A DNA stretch of 64,000 bases, taken from NCBI GenBank assembly GCA_965242965.1, contig OZ251518.1, forward strand, positions 4,096,001 through 4,160,000, read 5' to 3'. The DNA comes from Candidatus Poribacteria bacterium. GTDB lineage: Bacteria > Poribacteria > WGA-4E > WGA-3G. Each line of letters opens with the position of its first letter. Position 1 is the stretch's first letter. Below are positions 38,228-48,046 of this stretch, piece by piece. The notes below the pieces were generated by a model that saw only the letters and a list, made by a program, of their open reading frames with translations, ran no database searches and was not told where the DNA came from. The position numbers and the translations under genes are program-made.

Positions 38228-38983
38228 ATGTTATCCAGCAAATTCGTCATCAGCGCACTTCTCGTTTGTGGATTGATAGTCACCGCCTGCTTGCTTTGGA
38301 GTTGGCACGGGCATCGCGAACTCGCAGAACAAGAGGCAAAACACGCGCAGTTCCTTCAACAGATAACCTCCCAAAAGGCTGCGCCAACTGTCCAAGCCAC
38401 TGGACAAACTGACACTGAATCGGAGACATCCCCAAACGGGGAACGTCTTGACGATACCGCTAAGGAAGAACTTCCTGAAATGGAAACTTTCTTACCAGTT
38501 ACGGACACGGATAGTGTAGAGCGGGTGTCCTCGCAAGGCGAACCGATTGACAAAGAGGCACCTATTGAGACAGTGCGCGTTTCCCCGTTTGGATTCGGGC
38601 CCTATCCCGAGGTCCCAGAGGGATGTCCTGTTCCTCGCAACATCTGGCATGCCTCTGATGCACAGATGGAACTCCTCTTTCGCGTTGCCATCCAAAAATG
38701 GAATGAAGGCGAGCGTTTTAACGGGTGCAGCACCGGCGATGGAAAAATCTATCTGCATTACCCAAACACTGTCTATATTCAATATGGGGAGCCGGAAGTC
38801 AATGATTCTGGCATCCTCATCCGTCCGATTACTCACGTAATCAGTGCAAATATCGGGATGTCACCGCAGCAAATGCGATCCGGGGAAATTCCGGCGGGCA
38901 TCCATGTGCTAGAATACGGTAAGGACGGCATCGATGCTTATGAGTATCTGGACTTACCGTACCAACCTGAAAAGGAGTTTTAA
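38228..38983 (+). CDS. Hypothetical N-terminally anchored protein
   Basis: TM segment, acidic linker, VRVSPFGFGPYPEVP motif; SD GGAGG. Confidence 0.75.
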   Translation: MLSSKFVISALLVCGLIVTACLLWSWHGHRELAEQEAKHAQFLQQITSQKAAPTVQATGQTDTESETSPNGERLDDTAKEELPEMETFLPVTDTDSVERVSSQGEPIDKEAPIETVRVSPFGFGPYPEVPEGCPVPRNIWHASDAQMELLFRVAIQKWNEGERFNGCSTGDGKIYLHYPNTVYIQYGEPEVNDSGILIRPITHVISANIGMSPQQMRSGEIPAGIHVLEYGKDGIDAYEYLDLPYQPEKEF

Positions 38984-38984
38984 T

Positions 38985-39631
38985 GAGGGTGTTTCATAAA
39001 TCGCCCAACGTCGCGGGGTTCCCTCGCCATGCGTTTGGCTGACAGACCGCGTCACCTCTGTAGGTCAGGATCGCCTGATCCTGACCCGTTCGGGTGCAGG
39101 TGCTCCCGAACTACAGAGGTGGGCCCGATGCCGGCCGGTAGGAGAGACCTCCCGGTCTCGATGTTCCCGTAGCGCGGGGGACAGGCCCCCGCGAACTCCA
39201 TCGTCAAGTTATGTTTTTAGGTCCTTTAGGACCTACATGTCTATAGAAAAACGTGTCGTACCGTTTTCAAGGTCCTTTAGGTCCTTAATGAAAAACCATG
39301 CGGACTCTCAAAGTCTATTAAGGACCTAAAGGACCTTAGGGTTCTTGGCGAGTGCGCGTGCTATAGACATTAAGGTCCTAAAGGACCTAAGAGACGTTTT
39401 TTCATCGTAGCGCGAACGCTGGCGAGGGGAACCCGCTCGGATGCGCGTCTGGCATCCGAGGGCCCACGCCCTACGGTGAGGGGGGGCGTTTTTTTTCGTA
39501 GCGCGGGGGCCTGTCCCCCGCGAGCGTTGGAGTGCGCGGACGATATCAAGACCAGGAGGTCTCTCCTACCCGAAGAAATCGAGACCAGGAGGTCTCTCCT
39601 ACGGGGAAGGCATTGATATATGAAACCCCTC
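38985..39631. mobile_element. TIR-bounded composite repeat element
   Basis: GAGGGTGTTTCATAA ... ATATGAAACCCCTC; flanks GTTTTAAT/GTTTATTT match only partly; contains an AGGACCT module at 39219-39387. Confidence 0.7.
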
Positions 39632-39640
39632 GTTTATTTG

Positions 39641-39669
39641 TTGATTTCATGCAGTGAATCTGTTAGCAT
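39641..39669 (+). promoter_or_regulatory. Sigma70-like promoter
   Basis: TTGATT-N17-TAGCAT with extended TG. Confidence 0.45.
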
Positions 39670-39815
39670 TAAACACATCTCCTGCAAATGGATTTCCTAG
39701 AAATAGGGTAAATTTACGGGAAGTCGGTAGACTGTGGATGTAGCGAAACATGTGGCAGAGGAAACACTGAATGCAACGGCGGCGGTTCTACCGGTTGCTG
39801 AAAAGGAGAAGTTTG

Positions 39816-41885
39816 ATGCAAAATAGAATGCCATGCATATCAGGACAAGTCGCCCCAAGTGACACTGATGTGACGACATGGGCGTTACCGGCAGGTGCAG
39901 TGGCGCGCTTGGGCCGAGGTAGAGTGCAGGACATAGCCTTCTCGCCACAAGGGCATCATCTCGCCATCGGCACCTCTGTCGGCATTTGGTGGTATTCGCT
40001 TGCATCAAGGGTTCCCTTCGCACTCTCAGAAACGGAAAGGGGGATGGTCGATGCCATCTCCTTTTCTCACGATGGACGCTGGTTTGCTTCGGGCAATATT
40101 GACGGTGTGCTCAAAATCTGGGATATGCAGCACCAAGTTTGTGCCGAACGAGTCAGGGGGCAAAGTCAGTGGCGTATCCAGATGCGTCCTACCTTTTCGC
40201 CGCAGATGCGTCCCACCTTTTCGCCGGATGGGCATCACCTCGCCGTTTTGGCGGAGGGCTACAATACGCTTGACATCGTGAACTCGGCAACAGGCGAACA
40301 CGTTGCCACGCTCGGTGAAAGCACCCCAACAAAAAAAATCCGTCGATCCGCGGGCAACCTGCTTGCATTTTCGCCAGACAATCAACTGTTAGCGAATGTG
40401 AATTCTACGGAGGATATGTCTCGCGACTTTGTGACAGTCTGGGATATTGAATCGGGCGAGTGCGTCTCCCGTGTCTCGGAAGGCAAAGACTTTATTTACG
40501 GGCTCTGCTTTTCGCCTTGTGGCAGATTCCTCGCCGTTGGCTATTGGGGTGGCATCCTAAACGTCTGGGATATTTTCAGCGGTAAATTAGAGTTAGCCCT
40601 GACAGACTACGGAAAATATCGGATGTATCCCGCGTATTCACCGGCAGGCGAACTGCTCGCAGCGGGACTTTATCAATACGAAAATCAGCACGTCGTGCAA
40701 GTCTGGCAGGTAGCGCAAAACGAACAACTAGATACAATGCAGTTATTGCGAGGGAACGTCAGGCTCGTTCAATTTTCCCAGGGGGGTAATCAGGTGGCAG
40801 TCGCCAGTTCCCGCGGGGTCAAAGTGTGGACGAAACCCGACGACACCGCTGCCACGCAGGTGTCATTTGATGAACATCGAGATACCGTTGAATCCGTCGC
40901 ATTTTCACGAGATGGACATACGTTGGCAGCGGGATATCGGTGGGATGATTTGTCCTTATGGGATGTCGCGACGCGGCACTCGCGCCGCGTGCTTGAGGGG
41001 CAGCCACCCTGTCGCACCCATTTTGTTCACGTATCGCCAGACGCGAAACTCTTCTCTGTCAGCATCGATGACAGTATCCTCAGGGTGTGGGATATTCAAA
41101 AGGCTGAACTGTGCGCCGAGATGTCTGGACCCGAGAGGCCGGGGACGTGGACGGTGGCGTTATCGCCGCAAGCCGATTTGCTGGTAAGCGGCTATAGAAA
41201 TGGAACGCTGATAGTTTGGGACGTGCAGCACGGACAAAAGCGACACATCCTGCAGGCTCACACGGACAGCATCAAGTCTGCAGCGTTTTCGGCTGATGGC
41301 AAACGGCTTGCAAGTGCATCAGAGGACAGAACAGTCCGCCTCTGGGATGTCGAGAGTGGAAAAGCGGTTGGCACATTACCTGTCCAACCGCTGTTAGTTG
41401 CAGCCAAGTTTAACGCGGAGGTTCCAGCAATTCTGCGGGATGTGAAATCGTTGTCACAGGCAAACAAGCAGCTGCGTCCTCGTTTCACTGAAGTCATCAC
41501 ATTTTCACCTTGTGGTCGCTGGATTGCCGGCAGTGGTGTATTTGGGGATGGGGAGATTCGGTTGTGGGATGCCACGATGCATGAAATCCGCATGGTGCTC
41601 CTACTGCCCGATGGATGTGAGCGAACGTTTGTATTGGCTTTTTCGCCGTGTGGAAGATACCTCGCTTCCGGTGCTTGGTGGCGCGGCACAGAAAAGGTGT
41701 CTATCCGGTTATGGGACGTGGCGATAGGTGAGCATCTCGCGGCTTTCTGGGGGCACCCCACTGATGTCCAAACGCTCGCCTTCTCCCCAGATGGAGAGTT
41801 ATTAGCAAGTGGCAGTTATGACGGCACTATCCTTTTGTGGGATTTAAGTTCAGTAGGCGCGCCCGGTCTCCATAAATCCCGGTAG
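39816..41885 (+). CDS. WD40 repeat protein
   Basis: WALPAGAVARLGRG N-cap; repeated AFSPDG..LASGS.DGTI.LWD; SD AAGGAG before ATG 39816; 24-bp internal duplication QMRPTFSP x2 at 40179-40226. Confidence 0.9.
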   Translation: MQNRMPCISGQVAPSDTDVTTWALPAGAVARLGRGRVQDIAFSPQGHHLAIGTSVGIWWYSLASRVPFALSETERGMVDAISFSHDGRWFASGNIDGVLKIWDMQHQVCAERVRGQSQWRIQMRPTFSPQMRPTFSPDGHHLAVLAEGYNTLDIVNSATGEHVATLGESTPTKKIRRSAGNLLAFSPDNQLLANVNSTEDMSRDFVTVWDIESGECVSRVSEGKDFIYGLCFSPCGRFLAVGYWGGILNVWDIFSGKLELALTDYGKYRMYPAYSPAGELLAAGLYQYENQHVVQVWQVAQNEQLDTMQLLRGNVRLVQFSQGGNQVAVASSRGVKVWTKPDDTAATQVSFDEHRDTVESVAFSRDGHTLAAGYRWDDLSLWDVATRHSRRVLEGQPPCRTHFVHVSPDAKLFSVSIDDSILRVWDIQKAELCAEMSGPERPGTWTVALSPQADLLVSGYRNGTLIVWDVQHGQKRHILQAHTDSIKSAAFSADGKRLASASEDRTVRLWDVESGKAVGTLPVQPLLVAAKFNAEVPAILRDVKSLSQANKQLRPRFTEVITFSPCGRWIAGSGVFGDGEIRLWDATMHEIRMVLLLPDGCERTFVLAFSPCGRYLASGAWWRGTEKVSIRLWDVAIGEHLAAFWGHPTDVQTLAFSPDGELLASGSYDGTILLWDLSSVGAPGLHKSR

Positions 41886-42370
41886 GAGAGACCTCCTGGT
41901 CTCGATGCAATAGACGCTTGACCTGTTCGGGTGCAGGCGCACCCGAACTACAGAACTCGGGGGCGCGCCGGGTAGGAGAGACCTCCTGGTCTCGATGTGC
42001 CCGTAGCGCGGGGACCTGTCCCCCGCGGTGGTCATCAACAAGCGTTGGCGTTTTAGGTCCTTTAGGTCCTACATGTCTATAGATACACGTGCAGGTCCCA
42101 TGTCAAGGTCCGTTAGGTCCTTAATAAAAAAACACGCTGCCCTGGCAAAATCTATTAAGGACCTAAAGGACCTTAGGGTTCTTCGCAGGCGTGCGTGCTA
42201 TAGACATTAAGGTCCTACGGACCTAAGGGAACAAGAGACGTTTTTTGCGTAGTGCGAGCGATGGCGAGGGACAGGCCCTCGCCCTACGGTGAAGGAGAGG
42301 CTTTCTGCCGCCGCGCCCCCGGTAGGCGCGCAGCCCTATTGCATCGAGACCAGGAGGTCTATCCTACCGG
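41852..42370. repeat. REP cluster with AGGACCT module (42055-42224), overlapping the WD40 3' end
   Basis: C-type copies at 41882 and 41972; module in reverse orientation. Confidence 0.95.
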
Positions 42371-42470
42371 GAACATCGCTGACATCAAAACCGGGACAGC
42401 GCGTCAACAGGACGAAAACTGCGGGCAAACCGAGGTGTTGCTTCGCCCGCCGACTTTAGGAGGGAAACAC

Positions 42471-43178
42471 TTGAAAGTTTTGACAGTCTTTGCAATTCTG
42501 TTTTTTGCCACGCTTCTTGGACTGATTTTCTACGCGCACTACGATACCAATAAGTTCATCGAAAGCCTCCCGCAGGCACCCGCTCAGCAACGTGAAGTGG
42601 AGCCGGAAGAAAAAACACCAAAGCCACACGAGAAGGGGACTGCCGAAAACGAGGCAGAACAGCACTTAGAGGATACCGCGCCTGTGCCCGACACCCACGG
42701 CCATTTTCAGGAGTCTACCGATTCGCATGGGCACGGCCATCATGCTCCCGCGTCTGCGGATTCAACCTCTTGGGGGGATGCTTTGGAAACTGATCTGCCG
42801 CTGCCCGCCGAAGAAACGGGTGAAGAAACCACAAGCGCGGTGCAACTGCCCCCGGGTCTCGTGCCTTGGAAGACGGTCGGTCCCGATGGGGAAATCGTTT
42901 ACGATAGAGCGGCTGTCATCGCGGCGTTTGGAAACACCCCGAAAGTCCATGCCTATTTAGAATTGGCGAGGAAAGTCAACACGGCTGACTCCTACACGCA
43001 GAAAGAGATATACGAGTTTATGGTATTGGAGAAAGAGTTCACTCAGGATCCGAATATCCTGCCATCCCACCTAGAAAAGATGAGAAGGAGTGCTGTTCAA
43101 AATCCGGATGGAGTGATTCCGTCTTGGCGGGCTTTGAAAAATAATCCGAATATGAGGATAACGATAAGAGAGAAATAA
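42471..43178 (+). CDS. Hypothetical N-terminally anchored protein with His-rich linker
   Basis: TTG start after GGAGGG; TM segment; HGHGHH. The ORF-track extension upstream is repeat-derived. Confidence 0.7.
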   Translation: MKVLTVFAILFFATLLGLIFYAHYDTNKFIESLPQAPAQQREVEPEEKTPKPHEKGTAENEAEQHLEDTAPVPDTHGHFQESTDSHGHGHHAPASADSTSWGDALETDLPLPAEETGEETTSAVQLPPGLVPWKTVGPDGEIVYDRAAVIAAFGNTPKVHAYLELARKVNTADSYTQKEIYEFMVLEKEFTQDPNILPSHLEKMRRSAVQNPDGVIPSWRALKNNPNMRITIREK

Positions 43179-43180
43179 TT

Positions 43181-43563
43181 GAGGGTGTTTCATATCTCAA
43201 TGCCTTCCGGGTAGGAGAGACCTCCTGGTCTCGATGCAATAGGGCGGCGCGCCTGCCGGGGGCGTGGCGGCAGAAACCCCCCTTCATCGTAGGGCGAGGG
43301 ACAGGCCATCGCCAGCGTCCGCGCAATACAACGCTCGCGGGGGCCTGTCCCCCGCGCTACGGAAAAAAACGGCACTTCACCGTAGGGCGAGGGCCTGTCC
43401 CTCGCCATCGCTTGAGCACCCGGCCCTGTAGGGCAGGATCAGGCGATCCTGAACTGTTCGGGAGCGGGTGCTCCCGAACTACAGAGGTGGGCCCGATGCC
43501 TGCCGGTATTCGCCAGCCCTCCAAGGCGGGATAAATACCGAAACGGAGTTATGAAACACCTTC
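43181..43563. mobile_element. TIR-bounded composite repeat element between convergent stop codons
   Basis: GAGGGTGTTTCATA ... TTATGAAACACCTTC; only a 3-bp ATT flank match. Confidence 0.7.
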
Positions 43564-43564
43564 A

Positions 43565-44335
43565 TTAATACGAGACCGGCACCGGCGCATAACTGTTAAA
43601 CCCTTCTGTCCTATCTTCGCCTTGCAACAGATAGATCTGGTGCTTGCGCCGCCACTCGGCACCCGGATACCGCACATCCGCCGGCATATAGCGCATCGTG
43701 TAACCGCACCGCCGTTTCTGCGAGACGTTTGGACTAGAATTGTGGATTGTCCACGCATCGTGAAAATGACACTCGCCGACTGCCAATTCCAAGTCAACGG
43801 CGCGCGAGATGTCCATGTCTTCCCCGACAACTTCGCTGCCGAAGAGGTTGTTATCGCGATTCACTGCCTCATAGCGCCGGTCGCGGAGCCGATGGCTGCC
43901 GGGGATGACGCGCATGCAGCCGTTTTCTACCGTCGATTCGTCCACAGCCAGCCACATCGTAATGACGTTCATCGGTTCTAGGGATTTGCCCCAGTAGACT
44001 CCATCTTGGTGCCACGGCACCTCCATGCCGTCGCTCGCACGCTTGCTAATAAAATGGCTGGACCAGAGGACGATATCCGGTCCGATGAACCGTTCAATTA
44101 CCTGCAGCACGCGCGGGTGTGTGAGGTATTTGAACAAAAAGGGATGCTCAAAATGCGGCACGTCCATCTGTTCGGGACGTTTTCCTTCTGGCAAATCGGC
44201 TATCATCGCGTCCACGTAATCGCGCAGTTCGTCCAATTCAGGTTCGGTAAAAATCCTACCGAATGTGAGGTAGCCGTTCTCTCGGTAAAATGCGACCTGG
44301 GCATCGGATGCGGTGGTTTCTATTTTCCAATTCAT
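43565..44335 (-). CDS. Phytanoyl-CoA dioxygenase (PhyH) family Fe(II)/2OG enzyme
   Basis: FYRENGYL, PWHQD, ENGCMRVIPGSH, FHDAWTIHNS.PN.S..RR. Confidence 0.9.
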   Translation of the reverse strand: MNWKIETTASDAQVAFYRENGYLTFGRIFTEPELDELRDYVDAMIADLPEGKRPEQMDVPHFEHPFLFKYLTHPRVLQVIERFIGPDIVLWSSHFISKRASDGMEVPWHQDGVYWGKSLEPMNVITMWLAVDESTVENGCMRVIPGSHRLRDRRYEAVNRDNNLFGSEVVGEDMDISRAVDLELAVGECHFHDAWTIHNSSPNVSQKRRCGYTMRYMPADVRYPGAEWRRKHQIYLLQGEDRTEGFNSYAPVPVSY

Positions 44336-44389
44336 ATTTTTCTCCTAAATTTTAGGGCGGTTCGTGTGCCGCAAGAACTCCGTCTTCAT

Positions 44390-44995
44390 CGTAGGGCGAG
44401 GGCCTGTCCCTCGCCATGTCCTGGTAGGAGAGACTTCCCGGTCTCGATGCGCGCGATGTTCCCGTAGGAGAGACTTCCTAGTCTCGATGCAATAGGGCGG
44501 CGCGCCTCCCGGGGCCGCGGCGGCAGAAAGCCCACCCCTTGAAAAAACGGTTTTTAGGTCCGTAGGACCCTAATGTCTATAGTTCGCGTGCCCGCCAAGA
44601 ACACTAAGGTCCTTTAGGGCCTTAATAGTTTTTGCCAGGTCGGCGCGTGTTTTTATTAAGGACCTAAAGGACCTTGAAAAGTAACGACACGTGTATCTAT
44701 AGACATGTAGGTCCTAAAGGACCTAAAAACATAACTTGCCGATGGAGCTCGCGGGGGACAGGCCCCCGCGCTACGGGAACATCGAGACCAGGAGGTCTCT
44801 CCTACCCGGAAAGGCATTGATATACGAAACACCCTCGCCTGAGCTATTTCCAGCCTTGCGAGGGACAGGCCCTCGCACTACGATTGCCGGATGTTTTTTG
44901 ATTCAGTTTAGCGTGTCACCACAATCATTGCGAGGGACAGGCCCTCGCACTACGTTCGCCGGCCGTTTTTTGATTCAGTTTAGCATGTCACCACA
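44390..44995. repeat. REP cluster with AGGACCT module (44556-44724), TIR-like end at ~44836 and a ~72-bp tandem duplication
   Basis: ATACGAAACACCCTC; two copies of TTGCGAGGGACAGGCCCTCGCACTACG...TTGATTCAGTTTAGC.TGTCACCACAAT. Confidence 0.9.
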
Positions 44996-44998
44996 ATT

Positions 44999-45027
44999 TT
45001 GACAAATTGTAAGGTGCATGCTAAAAT
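44999..45027 (+). promoter_or_regulatory. Near-consensus promoter, probably leaderless transcript
   Basis: TTGACA-N17-TAAAAT with extended TG, 7 nt before ATG 45035, no SD. Confidence 0.7.
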
Positions 45028-45034
45028 TCTACCC

Positions 45035-46173
45035 ATGAAAATCGTAGTTGCACCTGATTCATTCAAAGGCAGCGTCACCGCACTGCAAGCCGCAAGTGCG
45101 ATGGAGACAGGGCTCCGCCGCATCTTCCCTGCTGCCACTATTGAGAAAGTTCCGATGGCAGATGGCGGCGAAGGCACCGTGCAATCTCTCGTTGATGCCA
45201 CCGGTGGACATTTCCAGACGCGCCGTGTCCTCGCGCCTCTCGGTGACGAAGTTGACGCGCAATTCGGCATCCTCGCCGATGGAGATACGGCTGTGATTGA
45301 GATGGCTGCCGCCTCCGGTCTGACGCTTGTCCCACCCGATAAACGGAATCCTCTTAAAACGACAACCTACGGGACGGGGCAACTTATCCGCGCCGCGCTG
45401 GAAGCCGGATGCAGACGCTTGATTATCGGCATCGGCGGCAGTGCTACCAACGATGGCGGCGCAGGCATGGCGGAAGCACTCGGCGTGAAATTATTGGATG
45501 CAAACGGAAAACCGATTCAGCGCGGCGGCGGTGGACTCGGCACTCTCGCGACAATAGACATCACCGGCTTGCATCCCGCGATTGCCGAAACGGATACCGT
45601 CGTCGCTTGTGATGTCAACAACCCTTTAACCGTCCCGAAGGCGCGTCGCATGTCTACGGCCCGCAGAAGGGAGCAACGGCTGCGATAATCGAGACGCTAG
45701 ATGCACATCTCGCGCATTTTGACGCAGTCTTAACACAAACGCTTGGCAAATCGTTTAACGCCATTCCCGGCGCGGGTGCCGCTGGCGGATTAGGTGCTGG
45801 GCTCATGGCGTTCCTCAACGCAGAACTGCGCCTCGGTGTTGACATCATGGTAGATGCGGTGAAACTCAAGGAGCGTATCAAAGGTGCCTCTCTCGTCTTC
45901 ACAGGTGAAGGGCAGCTCGATTTTCAGACAGTTTTCGGCAAAACGCCTGTCGGTGTCGCCAAGGTAGCGAAGGCATACAACATCCCCGTTATCGCCATTG
46001 CCGGCGGCATCGCTGAAGGTGCCGAGGCGGTGTATGACGCTGGCATTGATGCGATGTTAGGCATCGTTCATGAACCGATGTCGCTTGAACTTGCCGTCGC
46101 GGATGCCTCGCGATTAATCGCTGATACCGCGGAACGGGCGGCACGGTTAATCGCGATTGGACAAAAGTTTTGA
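45035..46173 (+). pseudogene. glxK: Glycerate kinase split by a single-base deletion (pseudogene or sequencing error)
   Basis: MKIVVAPDSFKGS, ADGGEGT, GIGGSATNDGG; adding one G at ~45632 restores NPLTGPEGASHVYGPQKGA and joins the GAAGGLG...TGEG.LD.QT..GK half. Confidence 0.85.
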
Positions 46174-46192
46174 TGCGATAACCCTTTTGGCC

Positions 46193-46476
46193 CGTAGCGC
46201 GGGGGCCTGCAACTGAAACCCCTTTGGCCCGTAGCGCGGGGGCCTGTCCCCCGCGATCGTCGCATGGCGAGGGACAGGCCCTCGCCCTACGGTAAACTGA
46301 AACCCCCTTCGCCCCGTAGCGCGGGGGCCTGTCCCCCGCGATCGTTGCACGGCGAGGGACAGGCCCTCGCCCTACGGTATGCGGCACGTTTTTTCACGTA
46401 GCGCGGGGGCCCTCGCGCATCCGAGCGGGTTTCCCCCGCGATCGGTGCATGGCGAGGGACAGGCCCTCGCCCTACG
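46193..46476. repeat. A/B REP doublet array
   Basis: Three B + inverted A doublets. Confidence 0.95.
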
Positions 46477-46489
46477 TGCAACTGATTTT

Positions 46490-47821
46490 TCACGTTACCG
46501 ACGTATCTTTCAAAAAATCGTCTGTCTCAATCTGCCACTGATGCATATCAGCGGCAAGCGATTGGATGCGTTCCGCATGTTCAGGCAACATCGAAAGATC
46601 GGTTGTCTCACCCGGGTCGTTCGCCAGATCGAAGAGTTGGATGCGGTTCGTCCCCGCGCCTGTCTCTTTAGATACGTAGTAACGGATGAGTTTCCAACGT
46701 CCATCGCTGACGGTGCGCTGAATGTCGCGATAGGCGGCGAAAACAGTCTCGCGAACGCGTTCCGCGCTACCGTTCATCAACGGCACTAAACTCCTCCCCT
46801 CAACCGTATCCGGACATGCCCCGTCGGTTAACTCACAAACGGTAGGAAACACGTCGTAGAGATAGGTTAACGCATCGACTGTTTTGCCTTCGGGCACCCC
46901 CGGTCCTGCGAATATCGATGGCACGCGGATGCTGTGGCTATAGAGATTCTGTTTGCCTAACAGCCCGTGCTGTCCGACGGCTAATCCGTGGTCTGCCGTG
47001 TAAATAATCAGCGTATTTTCCAACTGCCCGGTGGCTTCCAGCGTTTTCAGCACGCGCCCGATCTCAGCATCCATGTGCGAGATCATCCCGTAATAGTCGG
47101 CGATGTGTTGCTGCACGATTTCTGGGGTGCGCGGGAACGGTGCCAACACTTCGTCTCGGATGCGCATTTCGCCGTTGTCAAACGGATGCTCCGGCATGAA
47201 GTTTTCAGGGACAGGTATCTCCTCCGGCGCATACATCGACGCGTATTCGCCGGGCGGCGTTCTCGGGTCGTGCGGTGAAGTGAACGCAAGGTAGAGGAAA
47301 AACGGGGCATCGGCATCGTATTCCTGCAAGAATTGCACCGCTTCATCGGTAAACATCTCGGTAGAGAACTTCTCGCCGATATATTTCGCCGTGTTGGGAT
47401 AGGCACCGTTTGCGTCATAATCAAAGACAGGCACCTCAAAATGACTGCTCATTCCGCCGAAGAAGATTTTGGCACCATCGGCGAAACTGTTAGTGAACGT
47501 CTGTTTGTCGTTATGCCATTTCCCGGTTGCGAAGGTATGATACCCTTCTTCGCGCATCACCTGCGGCCACACTGCTAAATCACGGTTAATCTCCTGCATG
47601 CCGCTGCGAAATAGACTCGCGCTTGTCAGCACGGCGGCGCGACTCGGCACACAAACGGCACCGACAAGCGAGCCCATGATATGCGTTTGTCGGAATGTCG
47701 TCCCGCGCGCCATGAGTGAATCGAGGGTAGGCGTTTGCACCGTTGCATCGCCCATCGCGCCGATGGCATCAAACCGATGGTCATCGGCTATCATGAAAAG
47801 AATGTTGGGTTGTGAAGGCAT
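46490..47821 (-). CDS. Formylglycine-dependent sulfatase (choline-sulfatase-like)
   Basis: PNILFMIADD, CVPSR (CxPxR), GKWH, PHDP, ADHG, GKQN. Confidence 0.93.
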   Translation of the reverse strand: MPSQPNILFMIADDHRFDAIGAMGDATVQTPTLDSLMARGTTFRQTHIMGSLVGAVCVPSRAAVLTSASLFRSGMQEINRDLAVWPQVMREEGYHTFATGKWHNDKQTFTNSFADGAKIFFGGMSSHFEVPVFDYDANGAYPNTAKYIGEKFSTEMFTDEAVQFLQEYDADAPFFLYLAFTSPHDPRTPPGEYASMYAPEEIPVPENFMPEHPFDNGEMRIRDEVLAPFPRTPEIVQQHIADYYGMISHMDAEIGRVLKTLEATGQLENTLIIYTADHGLAVGQHGLLGKQNLYSHSIRVPSIFAGPGVPEGKTVDALTYLYDVFPTVCELTDGACPDTVEGRSLVPLMNGSAERVRETVFAAYRDIQRTVSDGRWKLIRYYVSKETGAGTNRIQLFDLANDPGETTDLSMLPEHAERIQSLAADMHQWQIETDDFLKDTSVT

Positions 47822-47929
47822 GTTTTTATCCTATAGACATTAGTTTTAATAGTTGAGATCAGGCGAGCTCAACCTACAGAGACTTTTTGTGGAAGTATAG
47901 CATGGTTCGCGGAAAAATGGAAATTCTTC

Positions 47930-47958
47930 TTGATTCTTAATCCATTTTGCGGTATAAT
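47930..47958 (+). promoter_or_regulatory. Sigma70-like promoter; single REP hairpin in the 5' UTR (47990-48013)
   Basis: TTGATT-N17-TATAAT. Confidence 0.6.
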
Positions 47959-48046
47959 AGTTTTGAAGGGTTCTTGTCACATGTAGGCATGCGAGGGACA
48001 GGCCCTCGCACTACAGAACATGAGGTGATTATAGGAGGAATGAACG

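Noticed and set aside
42252-42470. N-terminal extension of the 42252 ORF
   Set aside because: Largely repeat-derived; the SD and TM segment support TTG 42471.
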